From Nemertoderma westbladi (lineage: Eukaryota > Animalia > Xenacoelomorpha): a stretch of 64,000 bases of DNA. Positions within the stretch are counted from its first letter, which is position 1. Every line of letters begins with the position of its first letter. The notes beneath the pieces are model-generated. The model was not told where the DNA came from and did no database searches. It saw only the letters and a list, made by a program, of their open reading frames with translations. Position numbers and translations under genes: made by a program. The stretch is from the NCBI GenBank assembly GCA_032718475.1, contig JAUCBJ010005606.1:1-64000 (forward strand), given 5' to 3'. This document shows positions 1 through 11,869 of the stretch, in pieces.

Positions 1-157
1 ATTGAGCCGGGCAATCTGCAGCTGACACCTCATGCAGTGGCTCAATTCATGCTCTCCCTGTCAAGGATGCTTTGGTAACAGGATGTAGGTAAGGATGGTG
101 TCCATCCACCCAAACACATTGGAAAGCTGTTGGCTTGTCTTGATTTTTGTTATTTTA

Positions 158-2340
158 TACTACTACTACTAGGTCGAGCGAACTCGGACAGTGGAAATGA
201 GATCCTTCCAGGCTTCCCGATTCTCCATAGTTGTCGCAATTTCGTTTCTCCCAAGTTCAGTATCCCTTTCAAGTTGATCTATATATGTTATGGCAGGTCG
301 TCCACGACTACGCTTTCCATGAGTTGGTTGCCAGAGAAGTAGATCTGGTATGACCTCGTCTTTACTTCGCCAGCAGTGCCCACTGAATCTTAATCTGCGT
401 TCACGGAGGGTGGTTGATACAGGTGGTATTGTACCATAAAGCTCGGCGTTTGTCATGTGTTGTCTCCAGCTGATGTTTAGGGCTGCCCTTAGTAGTCTTG
501 TGTAGCAACCATCAATTCGTTGTTCAAGTGATTTAGTCAGTGTCCAGGTCTCACCGCCGTATAAAAATACACTTTCCACTGTGGCTCGAAAGAACTTAGT
601 CTTCAGGTGCCTGGAGAGATCTGATTTCCAGATGGTATCCATTTTTGATAGAGCTACCCAAGCCTTTGCTTTCCTAACTTCTATGTCCTTTTTGCTACTC
701 TCTATCCATGATCCAAGGTACTGGAAGTCATCGACCTTCCTTAGTTGATTATTATCAATGGTTGTCAAGTTTCCATCAACATTAAAGGTCATGAATTCGG
801 TCTTGGTAGCATTTATATGTAATCCAACCTCCTTAGCAGCCCTCTCCACTTTATTTAGTAGAAGCTGTGCATCTGCTAGCGTATTAGAGAGCAGGGCGAT
901 GTCATCCGCAAAGTCGGTGTCTGTGACTGTAGTTGCCGGATATCTACTACTTCTGCGTTCTTGAAGTGTGAATCCCAGATCTTCACCCTTTGTGGCCGTC
1001 CTCATTGCGTAATCCAGCACAATTACAAATAGTAATGGTGCTAATGTGTCACCTTGCAGTACGCCAGCCAGGATTGAGAAAAACTCAGTTTCACCATCTG
1101 GTGAGAGTACCTGCGCTTCTGTGTCACAATATAACAATCCAATGCCAGCAACAATTACTTCTGGTATTCCATAAACTCTTAGGATTTCAAGCATTTTACC
1201 TCTATGGATGGAGTCGAATGCCTTCTTGAAGTCCACAAAAGTCATGACTGCGGGGAGATTCTTTGACTTAATTCCTTCAATCAGTCTCCGTAGTGCAAGT
1301 ATCTGAGCTATTGTTGATCTACTTGGTCGAAATCCGTTTTGGCTCTTACGCAGTAGTTTCTCTATGTGAGGCCTAATCCTATATAGAATCATTTTATTGT
1401 ATATTTTGGCAGCTACCACAAGCAGACAGATCCCACGATAGTTTGTTGGTATGCCGAGGTCTCCTTTCTTGGGGAGAGGCTTTAGTTGACCTTTAGTCCA
1501 AATTGGTGGTGGCTTTTCCCCTTTTAACATCCGGTTGCAAACATTCAATAATGGTCTATTTAGCACTCCGGTTTTCCATACCTCCGCTGGGATTTCATCT
1601 AATCCACTCGCTTTATTATTGGTCATGCTTTTAATGCTTCTTTGGAGTTCGGCAGGTGTGAAGTCCCCTGTTTCTATAGGTAGTGTCTTGTCATATATTT
1701 TCCTTGTAGGGCTGACCTCGATGTTTGGTGGCTGCCCAAGCAAGTTGCTGAAGTGATTTTTCCACTTCCCAACACGTTCTTCAGGACTATCGGCTTTGAG
1801 GTGCCCCTTTGCACAACTTTTCCGACCAGATACCTCATTTACAGTTTGCCAGGTAAGTCTTGATTGTTGCTGTATGTGAGCAGTTGTAATTGCTTCAGTT
1901 TTATCCTGTATGTACTTTTCCTGGCTGATGTTGTAGGCCAATTTAAGGTCGTCCTTAGCTTTCTCAACCTTGTTAATGTTTTCGGTTGTTGGTTGTTCGG
2001 TTTTAACTTTGTAGGCTATCTTAAGATCTTCTCTCTTACAAGTAACCTCAGAGTTTTGCCATGGCACATACTGTTTTCGTTTAGGTTTCTGGGGGATATG
2101 CCTCTTAGCTGATTCCTTGTGGGCTGTTATTATATTCTGGTATATTGAATCGGTGGATTGGTCTTCATCCATTGGCTGAAGTGCTTCAAAGCGGTTTCGA
2201 ACTTCTACTGTATAAGCATCCTTTACAGCATTGTCAGTTCTGAGTTTCTCCCAGTCATAGTTGATTTGCTTGCTTGTCCTGGGTTTGCTGGCTCTCAAAC
2301 TGAGTCTGATCTCTGCAGTCACAATTCTGTGGTCCGAACC
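158..2340 (-). mobile_element. RTE-type non-LTR retrotransposon (LINE), 5'-truncated; RT ORF 169..2322
   Basis: RT motifs NYRGICLL, QNGFRPSRST, FVDFKKAFDSI, GVLQGDTLAP, FADDIALL, FQYLGS. Just upstream, in frame, is GSDHRIVT (last motif of the APE endonuclease), where the element is cut off. The stop codon runs directly into a (TAG)n tail (tactactacta on +). Confidence 0.92.
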
Positions 2341-2566
2341 AATTATATTTTATAAATCTTTGATATTTAATTGTATTGTAATTTAAAGTCTTCGGAAGTT
2401 AAAAGACTAAAATGTCCGATTAATAAGAGTTTATTCATAGGCCTATTATTTGAAGGCCAAAGTCTTCAAATAATGGCGAATGGGTTTATATCGCCATATA
2501 GGGTCAATACTATTGGTGAATATAAATTGTGGTGCCCTACCCATTTCTCTGCTACTACTGTACACC

Positions 2567-3249
2567 TTCGTGAGGCCTTCGCGCAACACGAGACTCAGCT
2601 ATGAGACATAAATTAAAATTGAGTGATTCTATCAGAAGTTCAGATAATCATACAAAACCGCCAATCAATAAAAGAAAGGGTACCCCTTTTAAATCTGCAC
2701 CCAATTTGAAAATTAAGCAATTTAATATTAACATACTCTAATAGGAATAGGAGGAGGAGGGATGCAGAGAGGCTATGCAAGTTTTGTGAAAATCTTTAGC
2801 TGCCCAATCTCTCTCCCTGTCTTGTAGTTACATTACCCCTACCCCCCCCCCCTCCACTTCCAGTGAAACATTCTGATTAGCTCACAGTAACAACTCCTAC
2901 AGCTAGCAACTCCACACCAGTAGTAATGACTTGATGTTTACCAATAATGAGCAGGATTACATTTATTTTTAATAATTGTGCCGTTTTAATTACGTTTAGA
3001 TCAATTAAGGACACATATTTTATTAAAGCAAATCACTTGAACTAATCAAAAACTATAATAGAATGGGGTATGGGGATTACAGCTGTATTATTTTTAAGTA
3101 CAATTATTTTAATCTTATTCTAGAAAATAAGTTTGGTTATATTTCATCAAAGATTGGCCGAGTTATTGGACACTACAGAAAGATAGATCAACAGAACGAC
3201 AGGTTCATTAATGGCTAAGGCTCATCTTACTTCGTGGCTCGCCCGACAG
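2567..3249. mobile_element. Non-autonomous interspersed repeat (Helentron/HINE-like family), copy 1
   Basis: Starts with ttcgtgaggccttcgcgcaacacgagactcag and ends with cttcgtggctcgcccgaca. The internal block tgtgccgttttaattacgtttagatcaattaa recurs at ~34720 and ~40217, and the same termini recur at ~27646, ~35937 and ~39180. Confidence 0.55.
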
Positions 3250-3466
3250 TACGATTTTCGTATACTTTAGTATAAAAGACGGTATCCTTTCGAAATGACA
3301 GACTTTATTCGATCCAGACGTGATAGTTTTATACATATTATACTGTCCAAGGTACACTATAGAACGGAATTAACAATGGGATTGCTGTAACCAGCTTTTC
3401 AATGATAATTCAATTTCAGTGTTCAATTTTTCTAAGAGAAACCCGAAACACAATAGAGGCAAGCAT

Positions 3467-3850
3467 CTACATTCTACCTACATTCTACCTACAGTCTACC
3501 TACATTCTACCTACAGTCTACATACATTCTACCTACAGTTTACCTATATTCTACCTACAGTCTACCTACATTCTACCTACAGTCTACCTACATTCTACCT
3601 ACAGTCTACATACATTCTACCTACAGTTTACCTACAGTCTACATACATTCTACCTACAGTTTACCTATATTCTACCTACAGTCTACCTACATTCTACCTA
3701 CAGTCTACCTATATTCTACCTACAGTCTACCTACATTCTACCTACATTATACCTACAGTTTACCTACAGTCTACCTACATTCTACCTACATTCTACCTAC
3801 AGTTTACCTACATTCTACCTACAGTTTACCTACAGTTTACCTCCTACAGT
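3467..3850. repeat. Minisatellite, 11-bp unit TACCTACA(G/T)T(C/T), about 35 copies
   Basis: Directly visible tandem repeat; explains the repetitive ORFs 3402..3863 and 3419..3991. Confidence 0.9.
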
Positions 3851-6800
3851 TTCAAATCTTTAGCCTTCATTCAGTCTTCAATCTTTAGCTGCCTGTTCAA
3901 TAGAAGTGGAATAACTAGGAAGGCAAAAGTCAAGAGCACAGATTTTAGTTTTATATTTGTCGTTGGATGTGGTTTTCAGTTGTTGGGGTAGTGATTAACC
4001 CAATCTTCTACAATGACTCCAAAACACAGGGTAGAAGATTTAACAGTCCCACTATATTGATTGGATTGTCAAGTAACTCTGACTCAAGTCACTGTCTGAG
4101 ATTCATGGCTTCTTCTTTGCTCTTAAATTAATTGTTCTGGAACATCTGATTTGGGACAGTAATCATGCTGTATTAACATAAGTAGCCTACATACCTCCAG
4201 GCTTGAAATCATAATACTGCTATAACAAATTTTCAAATTTAAAAATTTGTAGTTTCGCAGCCACCAGAGGCGCATCCACAAGGAGGCTGAATTTATTGTG
4301 AGCCATAGTATGACATACATTAGGTTTTTTTAATTAGATTTTTTTGAGTAATTTGACACATGCATCGAATTGTTTCGCGAAAAAAATTTGTTTTGCTCGA
4401 ATAAATTAGTTTTCGCACGAAAAAATTAGTTGTTGCGCGAAAAAATTAGTTTTTGAGCGAAAAATCGTTTTTTTTTTACATGAAAAAATTATTTATACGC
4501 GAAAAAAATTTTTTTTGATAGTAAAATTTCGTTTTTTGTGCGTACTTTTTGTGCGTAAGTTTTTACGAGCCGAAAGAATTTTTGGAAAAGGCAAGTTTAA
4601 ATTGTGAACCTATTTCTGAACTTTTTATTGTGGACTCAAGTCCAAGTCTGCATCACTATCAGTCCTGCAGCCAGTGCAGTTGTAGTGTGGCCGCAATTGA
4701 TTATCACAGAATCAGCCAGTGCCATGGCTGGGGTAAGTATTTATTTTAGGTATTTATTTGTCGTCAATGCCGTAATGAGGTTAATCTATTCGATAATTTG
4801 GTCCGGCTGCGATAGTTAGCAACAAACACAAACTCTTCCGAAACTATCAGAAGGCCAACCAGTATAGAGAATAGGCTAAGTACTACTTCAGTGGAGTCTA
4901 TGACAAGTATTGGCAGGATGGCCATGATGAACCTCTGAGTCTGACCAACGAAATAAGTCGTTTTTATACCAGAGAGGGCTAGCGTTGGCATTAGGTTAGC
5001 TAGGAGGTGAGGTTCAGGGTTATTGCTCAATCGTACTCGTCAGAATACTTGTACCATTACAACTACAAACCTAAGATTATCCGTGACTCCGAGCGGCCTA
5101 TTGTTGGTAGGCTTTCTGTAGAAACCTACAGCTACAATCAACATACCATTAATAATTCTTCGCCAGCAATCAACTTCACTGAAAAATTCCACTACCGAGA
5201 AACACTGCATTCTCGAATTTACTATTTGTGTGATGACAAATCAATCATCCGTGATAAGATTAGTTATTTGTTAAGGTATCAACCACCTTGTTCCAACAAT
5301 TACAACTTTGTTAAAGCTCCAAATAAAACTATAACACCAAGTTGTATCCCTGAGGGATTTCACTTCGACGGAAAGGGTCTACATACCCTATATCCTGGGA
5401 ACCGGATGATTGACTTACAACTTCTATCTAGAGAAAGAAGTCAGCCCGGTAGTGCTACCGTTGGAGAATCTTCCAGTTTCAGTATCGCATCCCATGACGA
5501 TGAAGGAGGTGCTGAAGTTTTCGTCCTTTCACCTCCCTGACTCTTTTTTTTTAACCTAATGTAACTGAATAGGACATTACTGACGCTTAGAGAAATACTG
5601 CTGGAACTTGAAACTCGAATTGACAACAGTAATTCGAACTTAGTAAATGTCACGAGAATGATGTTTTAGATAGCTGTCTGCGTGCGTTTGAAAGGCGAAC
5701 ATTCAACCCATGATATACTATTGTTTGTTTTGTGGGCGAACAATGAATAGACAAACGGAGTTCTCCCGAGTACTATTGCGTAGTATACAAAGAGATGCCA
5801 CTCTTTAGTGGCGAAGAAAATTGAAAGGTATTAATTAACCTTCGGTTATAATTGTAAGTTTCATAACAAATATTGTATAATAGTAATAATATAATATACA
5901 ACTGCATCCTGTACTATACTTACTGCTTTGGTTAGAATAACGTGCCACTGTAACCTGCCCCTTGCATTTAATTGATGATTTAACATTGAGAAAAATTTTA
6001 ATTCGCCGAGATATTTATATTTTAAGGTCTCAACTGGGAAATTTATTATACTGTCGGGTATTGACAGTAAACAACATAACAAACAGTAGCACAACTAACC
6101 CAGAGCAATAAAATGTAAGATGCCCCTCGGAAAGTATACAGTATGCTAATTAGTTCAGCAGCTAGGTGATTGTGCCTGGATGCCAAATGCCATGGGACAA
6201 AAAGAGGAAATTGTAAAGTAGAATAAAATTCAGGTATATTCTGGTGCTCGTAATCATAGAAAATCGCACTGGTGCCTGTTTTATGTTAAGATAGTTGGCA
6301 AGGCAAAGTCATTTATCTTTTCTAAAATGTTTGCAAATGTATATGTAAATACGAAATCGTGTATCTTGATGCAAATAAACCTCCATATTTTATTTACTGC
6401 ATGGACAATTATAATATATTATTATGTAAACATTCCATTTGGAATGCGAAATTGAGTTAATTAAAAAGTATCAAAGTTCACTTAGAGGAACTCGTAAAGG
6501 CTTAATGATGTGAATGACGAATAATGTAATATATCACTGTGTAGTTAAACAATTAACTTATTAGTTTGTTAATGACTGCTGAGAGGCCGGCATGTAGAAT
6601 TAAGCATAATCGTAGAACTTTTTGCAATGTTTGTCATTTGTAAATTTATTAAAAGTTTACCTTGCCATAAAAACAATCCTCCAAATGATCGGATACCATA
6701 TAATTCATCCCCATACTGCTGGCACTGTATAATGAAGGTTAGAATACATTTAAAATACAATAATGTATGTAATACAATAACCAGAAAGTGAACACGTGGT

Positions 6801-6924
6801 CTCACAGCATTACATACAATAGTTATTTCATGTAGATCATGATCCGGTTGACAGACTTCGTGGCAATCGAAAAGGGTTCCACAGGTATATGTACCCTGGA
6901 GCCTAATCTGGTACTTTGGTCAAG

Positions 6925-7945
6925 CAATGTGAGTTGAATCCAATAACACAGATCCATTCGAAGTGTTATGCGGAGTCCTCCAGGGTGATACATTTGCACC
7001 ATTCTTATTCATAATTGTAGTTGACCATGACCATATTCTACATGGCTTCAAATCAATGTCAATGGGGTGATGGTTACTCCACGTACTGGCTCCATAAGTC
7101 GAGGAAATCCAGCCAAGTACTTAACTGTAGACTTTAGGAGTGGGGAGTACTTAGGGGATGACTTAGGAGTACTCTCAGAATCACTAGAGGAAGCCCAATG
7201 GCTCATCTTCTCATTAGAACAGGCTGCTTCTAGTGTTGGTCAACAAGACCAAAATTTTGACAGTTCGAAATGTGTGATTGTATGAGAATAAGCTCAAATG
7301 ATGGTATGTTTGAGCATGTGGGCGACTTCTGTTACCTGGGATCATGGATCCGGAAGTCAGGTGAGGACCTTCGAATATGTAAGGGAAAGGAAAGGCATGG
7401 GCAGCCTTGAATAGGCTTTCCCGGATTTGGAAGTCACCGAGAATTAATCGTAAACTTAAGGTCCGATTATTTAGAGCAGCAGTAGTTCCAGTACTCCTCT
7501 ATGGGAGTCCATGCTGGGCTTTAACTGCTAAGGACACCAAATCTCTGGATGGCACATTCACAAGAATGCTACGCCGAGTTCATTGTGTCAAGTACAATGC
7601 ACACATCTCTAACCAGACACTATGTAACATTGGAGGTGACTCATTGGTACCCCCAAGCTTAACACTAGAACAAAATCGCCTCCGCTTTGCAGGACATTGC
7701 TTTCGCCGTGAGGACCAGCCAGTGCATAATCTTGTACATTGGCAGCCTCATGGAGTGAATAAGCATGGTGGACAGCCCATGACTTTCTTGAGACACATCT
7801 TAAAGGACACTGGCCTTGAAGATGCGGATGATCTAGCAAATGTCATGGGTGATAGGGAGTTGTGGCGGCGCAATTTTGTCGACAAGCCGGCACAGCATTC
7901 TTTCAAATGCAGCTGCAATGCAGCATGCCGATCCTAGTAGTAGTT
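6925..7945 (+). mobile_element. Degenerate RTE-type LINE fragment (second family), 3' part
   Basis: Frameshifted remnants of GVLQGDTFAPFLFII, DDL and FCYLGSWI, and ORF 7407..7937 (LFRAAVVPVLLYGSPCW, RLRFAGHCFRREDQP) homologous to the C-terminus of the 169..2322 protein; ends in tagtagtag. Confidence 0.8.
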
Positions 7946-8425
7946 GTACATAACTTGTCATCTGAAGGGAAGCACCAGCAAATCGAATTATTCAATATAA
8001 AGCATCAACACCCATCTGGTTAACCTCCATTAAACTCCATCAACCTCCGTTAAACTCCAATAATTTTACTAAGAAGGAAAATTAAATATAATTTATTTAC
8101 AATGTAGCTTGATACCATAAAATGGTCATAATCGTGGACAAAATTTATCCGCCAATAATAATGTGACACAATTATTCTCATGTGATCGAAATTATTATTT
8201 AAAATATAAAATAAAATTTGAAATAATTATTATTTTGTTAACCTACCCGTACCCTATTTTCTTTGTAAATAATGGATAAAATTTCCAAAGAATCATGTTG
8301 GTCTTATGGTATTGATATGCTGAAGCACAATAATTGATTTACGAGGATAATTTATTGATTTAGGAATTTTATATAAGTATATTTTGAGAAATCATCTTTG
8401 AATTCTCATTTATTATGGTGCGAAT

Positions 8426-11400
8426 ATGGTAAAATATACCTTCTTATATAGTATTCTAATGTGTTATTGGGTTTCTCTTCCTTATTGTTATAGTACTACG
8501 AATAATTTCAATGTAGTAAAATCAATAAACTCCAAAAACTTATCACATCTCACACCAGTCGACAAAACTAATTGTATTAATTGTAGTTGCCCCCCCTCAA
8601 TGGTAAATGACAAATGTATATTTAACTCCAAAGATATAAATGATGAAAAGGCTATTATTACATGCAAAACCAAAAACCAAGTCTCCAAATGTACCTACAA
8701 ATCTCAAAGTTTATCTCATATATACCACCCTCCTGATGAGACTGTGTATCTCATAAAAAAGGTTGACTACTGGAAGGATGAAATAGATCCAATGATAACA
8801 TGCACTCCAAGTAAGTCAAATGAACAATGTGAACCCCACAATATTAGGCTTGAAATTGAATATCCTGCTGAGGATGTCGAGATCTATGTTGGAGAAAATG
8901 ATTTACCACAAGATTTAAGAGTCAAGCCAGGAGTAGATGTTCAGTTGCGCTGTAGATACATTGATGGTCATCCTTCAACGAAATGCCACCAATGGTATAA
9001 AAATGAAGAAATAATAAAAGATGAAGATTCAAAGGAACTTAATTTTAAAAATATTTCAAAAAAAGATGCCGGGAATTATGAATGTGAGGCATTAACAACA
9101 TATTCGAATGGAGATACCGATTCTACAGAGTCAGAAATTGTTAAAATTATAGTTGAATATTGTGATAATATAATCTTAGACCTTGGGAAAACATCAGAAT
9201 CACCCAACTACTCAAATCTAACTACATATACCAATTATAATGTTACAATTATAGTTGGTGAGCTTGTCGAGTTTGAGTGGAAATATAATTCAACAACAGT
9301 GTCGACAGATATATATTTCTCATGGTCAGGGACAGGGACACCAGATATCCATCAGGATCACAAAATAAAATTCATTGCCAGCAAGGACTACAAGGGTAAT
9401 TTGTTAACAGTAGCTAAATGTCTGTTTCAGTGTGAAGGATGTCAGCAAGAGATAAATTACAGAGCTAACATAAGCATTGACGTCGTATATTGTATAGATG
9501 CAAAACTCATTATTACTTATAATGAGAATCCAGTCTCAATCCCAAATGATGGCAACGTAATTGTTATAAGAGATAGTGAGGTTGTGTTGCAACTGGTGGT
9601 TGATGCTAATATAGAACTTGTTTACAGCTGGAAGGGGCCTGGTATAATAATCTCAAATGTGTCTCAACAAGCTTTTATTGCAACAACCAATAGAAACGGC
9701 CAATTCAATGCCTCAATTTCATGTTTATATGACTCATATTTAAATTATACAAACGATTATTCTTTCAGTTTCAACTTGAAAATTGGAATTCCCCCTGAGC
9801 TAGACAATCCAGAACAAGTTGAGGAAGTTGATAAACATGAGAATGTTACAATGAAATGTGAAGCCTGGAGCAATCCGCCACCCAGAGGTGACTATGGAGT
9901 TGTAGAGTGGCGATTTCAAAATCCAAACAATGACCCAATTAAGCCAGACAACAAGACGAAATTTATCACCATACAGTCTGTAGATTTGCCAAATGATGGG
10001 CAATGGCATACTGAAACCTCATTAAAGATTGTGAATGCTGATGTACAAGCTGATGGAAAATATTATTGCGATTTTACTAATGGTGTTGGGGTAAAGGGAA
10101 GTGGTGTAGTCGTATTACTTATCAGAAGAGAACCAGAACTAATTGATGTGAAATCAATAGAAGTTGAATGGCTCAATGCAACACAAATGAAAATATCTTG
10201 GCAAGAAAGCGATAATGGTGGTTATACACAGTATTATCAGATTGAGTTATATGAATTTCCATTGAATCCTGTACTGAAAGAAGAACCAACTAATGAAACT
10301 TCCCAATATCTCATTCAAAAGTTAAACCTTAGTGAGGGCAATAGTGAATTTGTTCAAAGTGGCGTCAGTGGAAATTATGAATATCAGCTATTCTATCAAT
10401 CATGTAATAGGCTGGGGTGTACTGTTAAAGAACATGCATATATCAAATACAACTATACTCCCAATAAATCGTCACAAGGTCTAAGTGAAGGTACGAAAAT
10501 TACCATTGCTGTTGTTATATCTGTAACAATTATTATTAGTATAGCAATTGCTGTGTACTATATGATATTTCGAATAACAAGAAAACCAACAAAGAGTGAA
10601 GAACCTCCTGTAAACCCTTCACAAGGTAAAACCGTAAATGATGTTTATAGTGATTACATAGAATATGGATCAGCAAATTATTCAAATAATAGGAAATCTC
10701 TAACTGAATACAAACCTAAAACAAACCGTGAATCATTACGCTCAAAAGACTCCACAAAAGAAGCCGCAGATATATATGCAGAATATGCAGTGTCTGGTGG
10801 TTCAATGGAGGAAGTTAAGAAAGAGCTGAAAAGTGCAAAAAACGATTTAGTTCTTAAAAATACAAATAATGCTCCACGTGTATCGAATGTTCCTCCAAGA
10901 AATGTTACCTTTGGTGTTAAGGACCATTCACGCTTCTCCACTGCAGTCCCAGATGCTCATGACAACCAAGTCACAGTAGATAATGAAGACTATGTGGAAC
11001 TTGGGAGTGAAACCTACTACACTACAGACACTATTAATGTGACTAAACCAATGGAACAACCAACACCAACAACACAAACAACAAAACCGAAGGGTTACTT
11101 GAAGAGGTTACGGGCACTAGCTAAGAGTTTCTCCAAGAATGCTATTAATTCACCCAAGAATGATAACCCAGTTGACCATGAATACTTTGTCTATGATTGT
11201 CAACACAAAATCAATTCCCAAGGGAGGAAAGGAACATCTATGACTACTGATAATCCTGCATTTTTACCAGATCCCGAAGATAACTCAAACTCACTAAACT
11301 ATATTCCAACAACCTCAGGTGAACGATTGAATACCAATAGATGGAGTTCAAATACAACAGACAATGACCAGGAACCTGCAGAATATTTTGTAATTAAACG

Positions 11401-11869
11401 AGAAAATTCGGTAGAATGTCTGGAAGTTGAATATGGAACTTCAACGTCTTTCCCAAATTCTAATATAAAACAGATGCAGAGTTTTAAAGGCACAATCGGA
11501 AATGTGATGCCTAAATCTAATTTAAGGAATGTCAAAGAAATTCAATCAAAAGATGCCGGCTATGTAGACCACGAGGCTAATTCTGGAATATATTCTTCAG
11601 TTATAAAACAAGTAAAAAAAGAACATGATACACCAATTAATATTCCTGGAGTTGTTAGATCAGAAGATGTAGATAAATACCACCAAAATGATGATGATAC
11701 TGCAGTATATACAACCGTTGTAAAACCGCTAGGGAAAACAGAAGATAAACCAAAAAATATTCCTGGTCTTATAGTTCAACCAAATGAAGAGCTTGATGGA
11801 TCTGATACAGAAAAACCGGATATTCCAGAATATAGTCCGGCACTTTTTAACATTCTTTTAACATTCTAA
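8426..11869 (+). CDS. Intronless IgSF type I transmembrane receptor, paralogue A (signal peptide, ~5 Ig-like domains, FN3, TM, Tyr-rich tail; Sidestep/nephrin-like architecture)
   Basis: 1147-aa ORF with a hydrophobic N-terminus. Ig motifs VQLRC...WYKN...DAGNYEC and VTMKCEAWSNPPP...EW...DGKYYCDFTNGVG; FN3 motif ISWQESDNGGYTQYYQIELY; TM ITIAVVISVTIIISIAIAVYYMIF (nt 10499-10570) followed by RITRK; ~430-aa tail with many Tyr motifs. Confidence 0.88.
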   Translation: MVKYTFLYSILMCYWVSLPYCYSTTNNFNVVKSINSKNLSHLTPVDKTNCINCSCPPSMVNDKCIFNSKDINDEKAIITCKTKNQVSKCTYKSQSLSHIYHPPDETVYLIKKVDYWKDEIDPMITCTPSKSNEQCEPHNIRLEIEYPAEDVEIYVGENDLPQDLRVKPGVDVQLRCRYIDGHPSTKCHQWYKNEEIIKDEDSKELNFKNISKKDAGNYECEALTTYSNGDTDSTESEIVKIIVEYCDNIILDLGKTSESPNYSNLTTYTNYNVTIIVGELVEFEWKYNSTTVSTDIYFSWSGTGTPDIHQDHKIKFIASKDYKGNLLTVAKCLFQCEGCQQEINYRANISIDVVYCIDAKLIITYNENPVSIPNDGNVIVIRDSEVVLQLVVDANIELVYSWKGPGIIISNVSQQAFIATTNRNGQFNASISCLYDSYLNYTNDYSFSFNLKIGIPPELDNPEQVEEVDKHENVTMKCEAWSNPPPRGDYGVVEWRFQNPNNDPIKPDNKTKFITIQSVDLPNDGQWHTETSLKIVNADVQADGKYYCDFTNGVGVKGSGVVVLLIRREPELIDVKSIEVEWLNATQMKISWQESDNGGYTQYYQIELYEFPLNPVLKEEPTNETSQYLIQKLNLSEGNSEFVQSGVSGNYEYQLFYQSCNRLGCTVKEHAYIKYNYTPNKSSQGLSEGTKITIAVVISVTIIISIAIAVYYMIFRITRKPTKSEEPPVNPSQGKTVNDVYSDYIEYGSANYSNNRKSLTEYKPKTNRESLRSKDSTKEAADIYAEYAVSGGSMEEVKKELKSAKNDLVLKNTNNAPRVSNVPPRNVTFGVKDHSRFSTAVPDAHDNQVTVDNEDYVELGSETYYTTDTINVTKPMEQPTPTTQTTKPKGYLKRLRALAKSFSKNAINSPKNDNPVDHEYFVYDCQHKINSQGRKGTSMTTDNPAFLPDPEDNSNSLNYIPTTSGERLNTNRWSSNTTDNDQEPAEYFVIKRENSVECLEVEYGTSTSFPNSNIKQMQSFKGTIGNVMPKSNLRNVKEIQSKDAGYVDHEANSGIYSSVIKQVKKEHDTPINIPGVVRSEDVDKYHQNDDDTAVYTTVVKPLGKTEDKPKNIPGLIVQPNEELDGSDTEKPDIPEYSPALFNILLTF

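Noticed and set aside
3402-3991. Repetitive 153-aa and 190-aa ORFs
   Set aside because: Translations of an 11-bp minisatellite.
4764-5653. ORFs 5007..5540 (+) and neighbours
   Set aside because: No recognisable motif and non-ATG starts; may be TE or exon remnant but cannot be supported.
5925-5965. Recurrent motif aataacgtgccactgtaacctg (also ~17140 and ~34025)
   Set aside because: Probably a DNA-transposon end, but the partner end and boundaries could not be defined.
11582-11720. Canonical ITIM, ITAM or ITSM call
   Set aside because: GIYSSV and AVYTTV lack the (I/V/L/S/T) at -2 and no YxxL-x6-8-YxxL pair is present; reported only as ITIM-like.
8426-11869. Naming the receptors as RTKs, nephrin, Sidestep, Alr, Dscam or hemicentin
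   Set aside because: No kinase or phosphatase domain; only architectural resemblance, so orthology cannot be established by eye and no gene symbol is given.
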